Shown: positions 1 to 11,487 of the stretch, in pieces
Position numbering within the stretch: position 1 is the stretch's first letter
Layout: each line of letters begins with the position of its first letter
Source: Asterionella formosa
Lineage: Eukaryota
DNA: 39,995 bases
Direction: 5' to 3'
Assembly (NCBI GenBank): GCA_002256025.1
Contig: NKIB01014869.1
Location: 1-39,995 of the forward strand
Notes under the pieces: model-generated
What the model was told of the DNA's origin: nothing
Databases searched by the model: none
Seen by the model: the letters and a program-made list of their open reading frames with translations, nothing else
Made by a program: the position numbers and the translations under genes

Positions 1-1251
1 GTTGTTTCAGCTCATGCTGTTGTGAACCCTTCACATGTCATGCACGATTTAGGCGAAGACATCCATAACGTTGGTGCCAAAGTTAAGGTCACAATGGGCA
101 AAACGTATGAACATTTAAGAGAAGAAATGATGGAAAAATCTGCCCTGGCTGGAAATATTCTTCCCATCCTCAAACGATTTGTGATTACTCCAGAGAAACT
201 CAAGGCCATGGGAAGAGACATTTATACTCTCATCGATTGGCAAGACCTGTTTTTCATATGCTTTTTGGGCTGGGCTACTGTTCCCTTGGTTTCCATTCTG
301 CATCGACGGGACATTTCTGCAACCAAAGCTACTGCCTATTATCCGATTGCAGATCACTTATCACAAATTTCAAAGATCGCACTCCTGATCTATGCCGTTG
401 ATGTTCTCAAGATTGTTCTCTTTAATCTAGGGTTCCACTACGACAAGTTGAATGACATGCCACAGACCTTCGCCAAAGTGGCGTACACTATCTGGGTGGC
501 CAATCGCATGTCAAGGTTGAAGAAGCACATTCTTTACCGAGCTTGGGATACCAAAACTTCGCAACAGTTGGGTAGAGAGAAAATTGTGGATCGATTTGCC
601 GATGCGGCCATTCTAATGATTGCTGGCTTTTGCGTAATGGACATTCTAAGTGTTGAACTAGGTCTAGCTGGGAAATCATTTGTGGCATTCGGATCACTTA
701 GTACACTTGTCGTTTCCTTGGCATCTCAAGGACTGCTCACTCAGATCCTGAATGGACTGCTACTCTCAGCGTCGGATAGAATATATGAAGGTGATCAGGT
801 GAAGTTTGGAAATGACATGTCGGGAACTGTGGTGAAAATGGGATGGACGGAAACGATCCTTCGTGGTCCTGATGAGCTCATGTTGACTGTACCCAATGCC
901 GACCTCACATCGGAAAGAGTCTCCAATTTAAGTCGCATTGGAATGTGCCAAGTGAAACAAGTCCTGCGCTTGAACTACAAGGATGTAGGAAAGGTGGAAC
1001 AACTGTGTAAGGACATCAAGTCAGAAATTCAAGCATCATGCGGAAAGTATCTCATCAGCGATGGAACAAGACCGTTTCGTGCACATTGGAGTGCCTTTGA
1101 AGTGGATCATTTAGAAGTTACTGTTGATGCAAGATTTAACATACCGCCAGTGGGAGATTTGTATTGGGAAAACCGACAAAAAGTTTTGCAAGCTATAAAT
1201 AGAGCAGTTGAAAAGAACAAGTGCACGTTCGCCATGAGTGAGAAGGATTGA
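1..1251 (+). CDS. MscS-family small-conductance mechanosensitive channel, 5' partial
   Basis: Frame is open from base 1 (VVSAHAVVNPSH...), so the start lies upstream of the window. Several TM helices are followed by MscS-like core segments (SLASQGLLTQILNGLLL, IYEGDQVKFG, GTVVKMGWTETILRG, VPNADLTSERVSNLSR). Confidence 0.85.
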   Translation, partial: VVSAHAVVNPSHVMHDLGEDIHNVGAKVKVTMGKTYEHLREEMMEKSALAGNILPILKRFVITPEKLKAMGRDIYTLIDWQDLFFICFLGWATVPLVSILHRRDISATKATAYYPIADHLSQISKIALLIYAVDVLKIVLFNLGFHYDKLNDMPQTFAKVAYTIWVANRMSRLKKHILYRAWDTKTSQQLGREKIVDRFADAAILMIAGFCVMDILSVELGLAGKSFVAFGSLSTLVVSLASQGLLTQILNGLLLSASDRIYEGDQVKFGNDMSGTVVKMGWTETILRGPDELMLTVPNADLTSERVSNLSRIGMCQVKQVLRLNYKDVGKVEQLCKDIKSEIQASCGKYLISDGTRPFRAHWSAFEVDHLEVTVDARFNIPPVGDLYWENRQKVLQAINRAVEKNKCTFAMSEKD

Positions 1252-1696
1252 TGTACTGCGTTCTTTGCAGCGTTACATAGGAGGTGCGCTAAGAAAAGGA
1301 TGAATCTCATGGGATATGTGCTCTGATGATTTGAAGGTAGTTGTTCTTCTGTCAAACTTGGTAAACAAGAATTAACAACGTGAGAAATGCACATATCAGC
1401 TCAGAAACCTATTGCAGGTAAGAATTCATAGAGCGAAATGCGTTGTTGGTGTGATGGAATCAACAGTAATTAACACGCTCATGCTAGGCTCAGTCTTATC
1501 ATTTTAGACTGTAGTTCAAATTACGTTTTTTTTCTTCGACTTCACAACGAGGTCCATTAGATTGACTATTCTTACTCTATTCTACCTTGCCATGAGTATT
1601 TATCTGTTGAGAGTCATGATGTACAATAGTGAAGAGTGACTATTGTAGCTAAGTGTCCTTTTGTTTCCCTGTCGCTTTCAGGGGGAGGGTGAATTA

Positions 1697-2182
1697 TCAT
1701 GAAGCATGGTTTCTATATTCCTCTACCCTTCTCTCAGCAAGATAATCTTTGCGACCTTCATGCAAATGTCTAAACTTTTCCGCAAACTTTCCAGCGGTCA
1801 GATCTCCCATCGCCGCGATACTTTCTTTCTTATGGCGAGCAATTAGATGATCCCTATCGTCTCGCATTCTTTGTAGTTTTTCGCCCTTGAAAGGAGGCTT
1901 ATGAAAGACCTTTTCGAGTTTTTCATCCAAAACATCTTCCTGCCGGCGTCTACGAAGAACACCCTTTAGCTTCGCAGGAGCATCCTCCAGAAATGAATCT
2001 TTTCGCGTAAGGAAGGAATGGTCTCTGTAGAGATTCGTTGACTTGTTGGCCCGTGTGAATTGTCTGTATCCAACAATCAGGGCACCCAGCCCAAACATGG
2101 CAACCAACAGTATTCCCCCTGTTCGTTGAATCTGACGACTGCGCTTGCCGTGCTTGTCTTCGTCCCTGATAGGTATTGCCAT
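1697..2182 (-). CDS. Hypothetical type II single-pass membrane protein (~161 aa)
   Basis: ATG at 2182 (MAIPIRDEDK), basic N-terminus, one hydrophobic helix (GGILLVAMFGLGALIVGY), charged C-terminal region containing RRRR. No family recognised. Confidence 0.6.
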   Translation of the reverse strand: MAIPIRDEDKHGKRSRQIQRTGGILLVAMFGLGALIVGYRQFTRANKSTNLYRDHSFLTRKDSFLEDAPAKLKGVLRRRRQEDVLDEKLEKVFHKPPFKGEKLQRMRDDRDHLIARHKKESIAAMGDLTAGKFAEKFRHLHEGRKDYLAERRVEEYRNHAS

Positions 2183-2999
2183 GGTCAAGCGTTTCAAAAT
2201 TATCGAAGTCCTGCTTCAGTACGTAATATATTAGTTGGGCAGCGACATCATGCTACATACAACATAATATATATGGCATGTACCTGCACTTGTTAAATTG
2301 TCTAGTTGAAATATCACAGATCTTACTTTTAAGATCTCTAAAGCTGAAAACGTATTTTCACTTAGAATGATGGTATGTTGGCTACGTAATCCTTCATATG
2401 CGAACAGTAAAGACACCTGTGGTGCCGGCGATTCGACGCCATTATTTTCAACCAGATACTCCCTAATTCTACATGGAATGCTGTATGGTTGGTATGTGTA
2501 CACCTATAGGGTTAGGTTTACGCAGATTATTTCATTCCTCAATGATCAGGAGAGAACTTGACTGGCACCTATTGAATGAGAGAGTACTTTGGTTTCAACC
2601 TAGGAGAATGAGTTGTACTCAAGGATTAACTAATAAGCTTGCTCATATATTCAATGAATACTATGGCTATAACTTATTGGTGACACAAATACACAGCTTT
2701 TTGGTGGTTAGTTGTGTCATCTTGTGTGCTGCTGCGCCTAGCAATCATGTGTACCATGTCGGCCATCTTAATGCCAAATAGTTGTATTGTATTTCTAATA
2801 CAAATACATAAGCATTGCGAGAATGGAAACCAAAAAAATTCCCCCTTTTCGAAGACAAATATGCATTTAATGTGTATACTTTTCACCAGCAGCCTCCTTC
2901 TTGTCAATGAATACTCATCTTCATTGACAAGCAAGGACAACATCGCCTGTTCAAGCCTGTTCAAATCTCATTGTCTCGTCGCTTGTATGAACAACAAAA

Positions 3000-4020
3000 C
3001 TGATTTGAATTGTAAACAGTATGGGGCTGAGCAATTCAAGCTGTGCAACAGGCGCAATAGTTGCATCAGGCACAACAGGCAGCGCAAGTGCCAAAACCCG
3101 CAATTTCCGAATTGCTTTCCTTTCGGCTTTTGTTGTTGTTCCAGCACAGTTGGATGACAAGTCCTCCATGTCTTCTTCTATATCAGACCAGTCTCCATTG
3201 ACGCTGACTGTCCTAGCTGAGACTACTGAAAATGATTTCATTGATAAGTACGATTTGGATGAAAATGATAAGCAGTGACTATTCATTGTCGGAAAAATTG
3301 TTCACTTCCTTGGTGGATACATCGCCCCTGAAAATTGGCTGGCCTGAAAAGCTGTTTTGATCTTTGATGCTGGCTCGAAAACCAACAAGCTTACATCTAT
3401 GAACAAAACAGGAAAAGAGATGGCTTTTCTATTGGCATATAAGCAGGCGACTGTAGCATAAGACTACGCATTTTTCGGTTGAATCCCCAAAATATTTTGC
3501 TTGCTCCTTCAAGAAAAAGGATGAACCAATAACCTCTGAAGCTCTTTACCGATATTATTTGGATTCAAGGAGCAAGATGAGGTGTGCTGTTATCCCTTGG
3601 TTACCAGTCAATTTTGTATCTATGAAGAGTGGCAAGGGCTTCCATGACACATGTAATGAAATGCAGATAAAGTAGTTCAGAAAGGAATTGGCCTTGAACA
3701 GCAAGTTGAGCCTCACCCCTCAGTGAATAGAAAATGAGCTTCCTCCCTCTCATTCTGGGAATACAAGAAGAGCCTATGGTATTTTAGATTGACACTTAAA
3801 AAATTTCTGATACCCAATTTTGTAGAGGTGCTTGGCAAATCAAGCAACATTCCACTGTCTTGAGCTGATTGAAAGCGCGAAGATTAGAAAAATTTCCAGC
3901 AGAAGTATGACAATGATTGTGTGGATCACAAATCTAGGAAAATCAAGCATGAAAATACCTGGAGTAAACAAAGCATGTGGGCAAACTACATGCAACAAAA
4001 GAATTGGAGGAGACTGCTAA
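3000..4020 (+). pseudogene. Decayed ORF of unknown, possibly repeat-derived, origin
   Basis: Protein-like reading continues through stops and frameshifts (DKYDLDENDKQ*LFIVGKIVHFLGGYIAPENW; EALYRYYLDSRSKMRCAVIPWLP). No diagnostic motif. Confidence 0.3.
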
Positions 4021-4458
4021 TGTGTTTCATTGACAGGGCAAGCTGGATGACTTAGAGAAAACCGTGAAACTGCTGGATAGGAACATCTGCAGATGCAACA
4101 ACAATTTTTGTTTTAAAATATCAGTAATGCATGTGTAGCAACTATACTACATACATATTTATACTATCACGCAGGAGGAACACAACATTTCCACCAGACA
4201 TGTTAGTCTATACCTCAAGTCAAATTTTCTATTTGATTTGTGTGTGGCCACACCAAAGACATTGGAGGACATGCAGAAACAGGTTTCTGTGTGTCCTCTT
4301 ATGTTTTTGGTGTCGTTGCCGCACAAGAAATTTGGCCGGTTGTGCTGTGTATTGCATTGTATAAGATGACGCACACAATGAAATGTGATGCACAGGCACA
4401 CAAAAAGCACCTACATATTTGTCTGTATTTGTGTCATGCTAAGAAATAGCCTAACTAC

Positions 4459-5060
4459 CTACCGGTAATTAGATACTTCGCCCGGTAAGTACCAGGTACC
4501 TTACAACAGAGGACATACTGTGCCGGTACCACGAAATGTGTTGAGCTATACATTCGTATTTTCTATGTAACATCTGTCCAGGACCGTCCGTCTCACATTC
4601 TAAGATACAGATATGTAGGGAACAAGTTTAAATAGAACAGGCAGATGTCCGTCAGCATTGCTGCTATTCGTAAATGTGTATTTGAGTACGTCCCAACGCG
4701 ATACTCCATCTTACCTGTACAAGTAGGCAAGAATCCAAAATCCAAACCATACCAGCAAGAGTGGTACGTACCTGGTACCACCACCTATTACCAGTTACCG
4801 CTATGTCGGGAAATCTCCAAGCTAGCAACGACATCTCTCCGATTTCTGCTTCTTGTTTGTGGATATACCAGGTACCAGGTACTCCTACCTTGTAGTAGGT
4901 ATCATACCGGTATATCATATGTACCGGTAGTACATGCATCATGTTTGGTGCTATTTAATATACCGGTATAATGTAAGCTTGAAATATATCCAGTTATAAA
5001 TTAAATTTGTTTTTCTATACTGCAACAATACATTCGCCTGTTGGTAGTACTGGTAAGTAC
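4459..5060. repeat. Cluster 1 of TACC(W)GGTA / GGTACC palindromes
   Basis: Many TACCGGTA, TACCAGGTA, TACCTGGTA and TACTGGTA copies, upstream of the FAS1 gene. Confidence 0.85.
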
Positions 5061-5158
5061 ATTCATCTTGTTTGGTGCTTTTAAAAAATGTAAGTTTAAA
5101 TATATTCAGTTATGAGTTAAAATAGTTTTTCTATACTGCAACAAGCATTCGCGTGTTG
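4930..5158. repeat. Diverged tandem duplication (~4930-5044 vs ~5057-5158)
   Basis: Both copies share tgtttggtgct...aatgtaag...cagttat...gtttttctatactgcaacaa...cattcgc. Copy 1 has an extra TACCGGTA at 4961-4968. Confidence 0.85.
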
Positions 5159-5523
5159 TTTGCACCTAGATGATAATGACTCGTGTCTAGTAACATGCAG
5201 ACTGTTCAGTATGGCTGCTGGTCATGAGAGACACGGTATCTACGGTCGTTTTCGCGACACACGTACTGGTAGACCACCTCGTCTCTTGCATGCAAAAAAT
5301 ACCGACAGCCCAGCATGGAAAACAGAAGAAGCAAACTTGTAAACATAATGACCATCAGAAGTTCTTCAGCCTTCATACATAACAGTAATACATGTTTTAT
5401 TGTCCACAGTTCCACTACCAGGGTGGGTACCTTACCCGGGGAGCATTGAGGTCCGCTATTGACTACATACAGTACTAGCATTTCACTATACGTAGTATAA
5501 AACGAGCATCATCATTCACCGTT

Positions 5524-7125
5524 ATGAATCCTAGCGACGAAGAATGCAATGCACAGGGCTGTCGGCGGTTTTCAAAAGCCTTGAATGGGCTTGTTCCAGG
5601 AGGACCAATGCCTGGAGCATATAGTGTTAGAAGTTCATTATCTGGTAGAGTGGTCGCACCATCTTGGGACCAGTTGGATGACGATGAGAATAGCTCCGAC
5701 ATGTTGAGTTTTCACGTGGACCTCGTGGAGGAACAAGCCACACAAGCTGACTCAAGAAGTCCACACCAATCGTCTGTCAATCAAGGAGAAATGGATTCAA
5801 ACAACGAGATAGTGGTGACTAGTCACGATTTCTTTGTGGCAGAAGCATCAGCGCAAATTCCAGATGCACCACTGTTGATCGAAGGAGTGAAAACGGCAAA
5901 TCCAATGCACCAACGAATCTGCATAATCTTTGGATCGTTGGTCTTTTTTTCAGTGGTGGCGATGTCTGTGGGTATAATAACCCATGTGATTACCTCGTCC
6001 AGCCATAGTAGTCATGTTCATAGTTCCAATACATCGATGGCGTCAAATTCACCATCTGGAGTATACGAAAGCTATCAAGCCAGCACTTCTGGCCCCTCCA
6101 CGTCTCCATACGGAGGAAATATAAATTGGACAATTTCGGAAGGCTTCTATTCACAACCAAATCTTGCATCATCCATTTTACTTTCGAAAGGTGGAAATGT
6201 ATTCTTGGATACGCTTAACCGAACGGACACGAACTTCACTGTCTTTGGATTCAGCAAATGGGCATCTCTCCCGGAAAGTGTTCCGTTGACGCTTGTTACC
6301 AAGATGATTGGAAGTTTGTGGAGCGGTCATGTGGTAAGTTTGTAAAATATTTACTCTATGCTTCCGTCCATCATCATAAACTCCCAACCTAAATACTTTC
6401 ACCACACCTGCCAGCTTGATGCATTCGAAGGACTAATTATTGATGGTCAGGTTTTGGAAATGGAAGACATGCAAGATGGGATGGTTCTGACATCGGTATC
6501 CGGCTATCCACTTTTGATTCAGCTCGACCCTTTTCGCGTGAACAATAATACCATATCTATGGGGCAACATAATTTACGGTATTCAAATGGAGTGGAACAT
6601 GTATGTGATAACTTTCCCACGCCTCCGGCACCTTGGGTCGGAAATTCGATATTCGATGGGCTACTCAAAACTAACACTCGACGCAAAGGTGACCTTTCGG
6701 TGTTCATCGCACTGCTCAACGCTGTGCCAGAATTAAAACAGCAGCTTGAACTACAAGAAGGAAACAACAATGCAACAACTCTGTTCATTCCTACCAACAA
6801 TGCCTTATTAAACTATGATTCGAGTTTGTCTGTGTTTGCAACAGATACAAGTCAACATGTCAATTCCACTTTAAAACTGCTCCTACTTAATCATTTTGTA
6901 GTGGGCAACTTTGTCCGTCGGTGCTGGTGGGTGATTCCTACCGGTACACAACTGAGTGACTCGGAATTGACACTATACTCTCAAGCAGGCAATGCCTTAA
7001 ATGTTTCTATTGAAGACTTGCTAGTTACTGTCAATGGAGATTCAAACATCGTGGAAGGAGATATATTTTCCGAAAATGGCATTTTTCACATTATTGACAA
7101 ACCTTTGTTACCTCCCAGTCGCTAA
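5524..7125 (+). CDS. Membrane-anchored fasciclin (FAS1) domain protein; exons 5524-6333 and 6415-7125
   Basis: An 81 bp GTAAGT...CCAG intron (6334-6414, phase 0) joins the two ORFs. N-terminal PGAYSV motif, one TM helix, Ser-rich linker, FAS1 H1/H2 motifs TLFIPTNNA and NGIFHIIDKPLLP, plus a degenerate first repeat (NFTVFG...NGVEHVCD). Confidence 0.85.
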
Positions 7126-7331
7126 TCTGGAGAATTCAGCCATTTCGATAAGTTCTCCATGGTGGCTGCACCATGATGCAGAAACTAGCAAGTATGGAGT
7201 TACCGGAGGTGTATAGCTTTCCTTTCCTTATTAATTGGAGTCACGCATTCATTGTCTGGAACCATTGCAGCAATCGCTTAAATAACTTAGGACTGGTTAA
7301 CTTCATGATCACTGCTCTAGTCTGACTACCA

Positions 7332-7916
7332 NNNNNNNNNNNNNNNNNNNNNNNNNNNNNNNNNNNNNNNNNNNNNNNNNNNNNNNNNNNNNNNNNNNNN
7401 NNNNNNNNNNNNNNNNNNNNNNNNNNNNNNNNNNNNNNNNNNNNNNNNNNNNNNNNNNNNNNNNNNNNNNNNNNNNNNNNNNNNNNNNNNNNNNNNNNNN
7501 NNNNNNNNNNNNNNNNNNNNNNNNNNNNNNNNNNNNNNNNNNNNNNNNNNNNNNNNNNNNNNNNNNNNNNNNNNNNNNNNNNNNNNNNNNNNNNNNNNNN
7601 NNNNNNNNNNNNNNNNNNNNNNNNNNNNNNNNNNNNNNNNNNNNNNNNNNNNNNNNNNNNNNNNNNNNNNNNNNNNNNNNNNNNNNNNNNNNNNNNNNNN
7701 NNNNNNNNNNNNNNNNNNNNNNNNNNNNNNNNNNNNNNNNNNNNNNNNNNNNNNNNNNNNNNNNNNNNNNNNNNNNNNNNNNNNNNNNNNNNNNNNNNNN
7801 NNNNNNNNNNNNNNNNNNNNNNNNNNNNNNNNNNNNNNNNNNNNNNNNNNNNNNNNNNNNNNNNNNNNNNNNNNNNNNNNNNNNNNNNNNNNNNNNNNNN
7901 NNNNNNNNNNNNNNNN
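7332..7916. other. Assembly gap (N run)
   Basis: 585 consecutive N. Confidence 1.
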
Positions 7917-7973
7917 AACAAATAGTTTGCCGGACTTCGTATTGGAATCATCACAGACGCAATCTTTGCCATT

Positions 7974-8397
7974 ATGCGCTCAATCATCATCTGTCTCTTT
8001 GCCTCCTTTCTCGCTGTTCACGCGATCGAAATGAGAGTATCTCGCATGTTCAACAATTTCTTTCTCGAAGACCCATACATCAACCCGTGGCTTGGCGAAA
8101 TGATGTTTGAAGCCGCTGACAAGATCAGCGAAGTGGGTTCTACCAGTACTAGCCGTCGCGGATCGGATGAAAAGAAGGTCAAGACTGTTTCGTTGAAGAA
8201 TGTCAAGGCCCCAGAGAAGGACAAGAAGATTGGTATGTACTCCGAACCAATGAAATCACTTTTCCATGCTATTGGGCTGACTTTTTGCTTCTTTCATTCT
8301 TGCATCTATTGTAGATATCACCGATAAGAGAAGAGTCGGCTGGTTTTTGGGTGGATTGAATGTTAAAGATATTGATGACATTCCAGACTTTGAATAG
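7974..8397 (+). CDS. Small secreted protein, 113 aa; exons 7974-8232 and 8315-8397
   Basis: Signal peptide MRSIIICLFASFLAVHA. An 82 bp GTATGT...GCTGAC...TAG intron (8233-8314, phase 1) gives the C-terminus ...KIDITDKRRVGWFLGGLNVKDIDDIPDFE*. Confidence 0.65.
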
Positions 8398-8656
8398 ATG
8401 AAAAAGATACATGACATGCATAATGTTCATCACATGAGGACATCAGACAGGGAACCAAAATATGATCGTATAATAGGTATCAGTCCAGATAAACATCCCT
8501 CATATGTCGTTTTGACTTCATCACCAACAAAGCGCAGTCTGACATTTACGTAATTCACTTTTTATAAAATATATAAACAAGTAAACAACGACGTACGGCT
8601 CCACATGTGGCTTCAGTAGAATTCTCCGGCCATGTCAATAGTGTTACTTTGATTTT

Positions 8657-10021
8657 CTATACAAAGCTATACTTACTTGGCGGTAGTTCTGATGCCAACA
8701 GAGCTTCCTTCATGAATGCCTGAACGAACAAGCTTTTGGGATGATCGTAGAGAAGTACTCGCTGAGCAAACCGCAGCTCTCTTAATCTGGCCTCGGTTTC
8801 CACTTGACTTTGTGCCAAGGCACCCATCAAGGCCCCTGCTGGGTCTTTCATAAAGGCTCCTTCACCAATGAAAATACTATATCGGCTCATATCGATTGTT
8901 GATGAGAATGTTGGTGCATACAGTGGATAATAATCACTCACAATCAAAGGGATACATCCCACCTTGACGGCACGGATTAATGCATGTGTATGAGGTGTAT
9001 CTCCTCGAATCGCCAAACAGTATTTGGAATTCACAAATTGCTGCAACCATTCTGTCTTGTTCAAATCAAATCCAATACATGATTGGTTAAAAGGAATCGA
9101 TGTTTTACTGACCGACAGTGGAGCATGTCGATAGGGTGTCGAGTTGTAAAACGAAGTATGGACACGGGTGCGATAAAAGATCCAATTGGATGCATGTTCG
9201 AATTTATCTGTATAGGACGCTTCAAGGTAGGGTAACGATGGTTCCGCCAAAAGTCCCAATGAAAATCCGTATCTAGACATGGTGTATTTGGATTCCGCAA
9301 ATAGTCCCTTGTAGTCATGTCGAATGGCTGCGTTGTGAGTAAGTTGGGCACAGCGAAAGTCATCCCAAGACTTGACGACCGTTACATTGGCAAAAAAATC
9401 ATAAATTTCCTTGTTGAATCCATGTCTAGCTACATCAGACCGATGCTCATAGGTAAATGTAGCTGTATTCAAGGCTACAATCACATGTCCGTGTCCATAA
9501 TTCCAATGTTCGTGCTCGGAAAGTGCGGCAATTACTTTTGGCATATGCAAGCCACGATGTATGACGCTGGCCCCGACACGAAGCGGGATGATAAATAATT
9601 GAGCCTCTTGTGCGATGCGTGTCCGAAGAGGATGCTTCTCAAGTGCCTCCAATACGGCATGCTCTAAAAGTGCTTCGGGACGGAATCGTTCCTTGAGACG
9701 ACCACGACCTCGATTCAGAATCAAATTTTCAGTAATGTTTGGTTGAGAAATCCGTGGATCTGAGTGGACGTAGTATCGAATGGAAAGCTGTTCAAGCTGG
9801 CGTTGCATAATTTCAAGAGATGGTATTCTGCTGCTGGTGATACTGATTCCATTATGGAAGCTTGAGTCGATGAGGGGTGTCTGATCGTTGAGAATAATAA
9901 TCTGGGAGTGATGATGGACGAAGGAAATTATAGCAAATGCGATAGTTGAAAGTAATAACCATACTTCGACTCTTGAATTTCGCTTCTCTTTCGACGAATA
10001 TCTCATTCTTATAATTGTCAT
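8657..10021 (-). CDS. Exostosin-like glycosyltransferase (GT47), type II membrane
   Basis: N-terminal TM anchor and GT47 signatures HPLRTRIAQEAQLFIIP and SKYCLAIRGDTPHTHALIRAVKVGCIPLIVSD. First ATG at 10021. Confidence 0.85.
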   Translation of the reverse strand: MTIIRMRYSSKEKRNSRVEVWLLLSTIAFAIISFVHHHSQIIILNDQTPLIDSSFHNGISITSSRIPSLEIMQRQLEQLSIRYYVHSDPRISQPNITENLILNRGRGRLKERFRPEALLEHAVLEALEKHPLRTRIAQEAQLFIIPLRVGASVIHRGLHMPKVIAALSEHEHWNYGHGHVIVALNTATFTYEHRSDVARHGFNKEIYDFFANVTVVKSWDDFRCAQLTHNAAIRHDYKGLFAESKYTMSRYGFSLGLLAEPSLPYLEASYTDKFEHASNWIFYRTRVHTSFYNSTPYRHAPLSVSKTSIPFNQSCIGFDLNKTEWLQQFVNSKYCLAIRGDTPHTHALIRAVKVGCIPLIVSDYYPLYAPTFSSTIDMSRYSIFIGEGAFMKDPAGALMGALAQSQVETEARLRELRFAQRVLLYDHPKSLFVQAFMKEALLASELPPSKYSFV

Positions 10022-10327
10022 GGACTTGACTTTTTCTTCAAAGCAAAGGGAGCTCAATCGCTGTTGCTATGTTGATACATGTGTGATGATGAGCTGCTTT
10101 TGGGCTCATCCTTCTTTGCCGTGCTTGAGGCGTATCGAAACACCCCAGCAAATAAATAACAGCCTACGTACGTATAGTGCAGAGTCAAGAGGTCAACTTT
10201 TTTTCTTTCTGTTGTAATGCCAGTCAATGCCATGCAATCATGGAATGCATGTCGACCAATGAGGTTTATTTTGTTTGTGAAATGTTTTGGGTCGCTCATT
10301 CTAGGATAGCACTGGGTTGAAATTGCA

Positions 10328-10780
10328 TACCTGGTACATACCGTTATCTATTATCACCCGAGCTCCCGAGTATAAAATACCTAAGATATACCGGTACCTG
10401 GTAGTCTACCTACTATCATTACTATTTTTATACCCGGTTACCCGGTAATAGAGACTACTTACCTGGTACCTGGTACCTGGTACCTGGTACCTGGTACCAG
10501 GTTGGTACTGGTACCTGGTACCGTTACATAAGGAGAAACAACAGCCATTCTACATGAGCAGATACATGATACGAGATAAAAATAAATGCATGTACCTGCA
10601 CCAGACTACAGGAATTACCGGTATGCTTACGTAGCTATGATACCAAAACACCACTTACACTCAAGCATGATCTTCATTTTCAATCCAGCATACCGGTACT
10701 GGGTATTCTATCACAGATACAGGATAGAGGTAGCAGGTGCTGTATATGAATATATGAGTGTAAGCATAGATGGTGTACCG
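10328..10780. repeat. Cluster 2 of TACC(W)GGTA palindromes, including (TACCTGG)5-TACCAGG at 10460-10501
   Basis: Read directly from the sequence. Lies in the divergent intergenic region between the GT47 and ssSPT genes. Confidence 0.9.
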
Positions 10781-10937
10781 GCATGTAAGCAATGTCATAC
10801 ATGATAGCGCATCGCAGCATTGCCTTTCATCATTGTATTCCTTCAGCCACTCAGTTCGATGAGCAACAGCAGCCATTTCAATTGATTGATCCTGAACAAA
10901 TCCTTTCCCTCACGTCGAAATAATATCAACTACCATC

Positions 10938-11201
10938 ATGACAACAACTAACACCGCCACCGCATCATCAAGTGTCAAAATCTCCAACACCAACACGGAT
11001 GTTCTATGCTACAATGGAGGATTTTTTCAAAAGTTCATATATCGTTACAACATTTGGACTGGCTTGTACATGTTGGACCGAGATGAACGTTTGTGGTTTC
11101 ACATATTCGGATGGATCTTTCTATCTTCCTTCTTTACATACGTGGGAGTATTTGCCAAGGGTTTTTTTGATGGTGTCATGACGGCGGTGGGAAAGGTATA
11201 A
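10938..11201 (+). CDS. Serine palmitoyltransferase small subunit-like (ssSPT) protein
   Basis: 87 aa. YRYNIWTGLYMLDRDERLWF matches the ssSPT Y...T.LYML..WER..F pattern and is followed by a hydrophobic helix. Confidence 0.8.
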   Translation: MTTTNTATASSSVKISNTNTDVLCYNGGFFQKFIYRYNIWTGLYMLDRDERLWFHIFGWIFLSSFFTYVGVFAKGFFDGVMTAVGKV

Positions 11202-11487
11202 TGAGAGATAGTTACACAATATTATTATTATTATTGTTGTTGCATCAATTCCGACATGATGGACAGTGTTACTGGATGCATCCTACAACTATAGACGACC
11301 ACTAGTCGCGACTTTTGTGCATCTCTGCTGACAAATGCACACACATGCTGATTCTACTTGGACTACACTAACGAAAGAATAGTTGACGATGATGACAATG
11401 GTCCACTGAAAGTAGCTTCTGAACACATGTCCATGTATAGCAATATCTATATGGTACAATGGGCCTACATGTATATATCATAGATAT

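Noticed and set aside
7241..7990. 249 aa ORF on the minus strand
   Set aside because: Artefact of translating through the N gap.
10460..10522. CRISPR array or telomeric repeat
   Set aside because: No unique spacers and no cas genes. The unit is not TTAGGG-like, and the array is short and interstitial.
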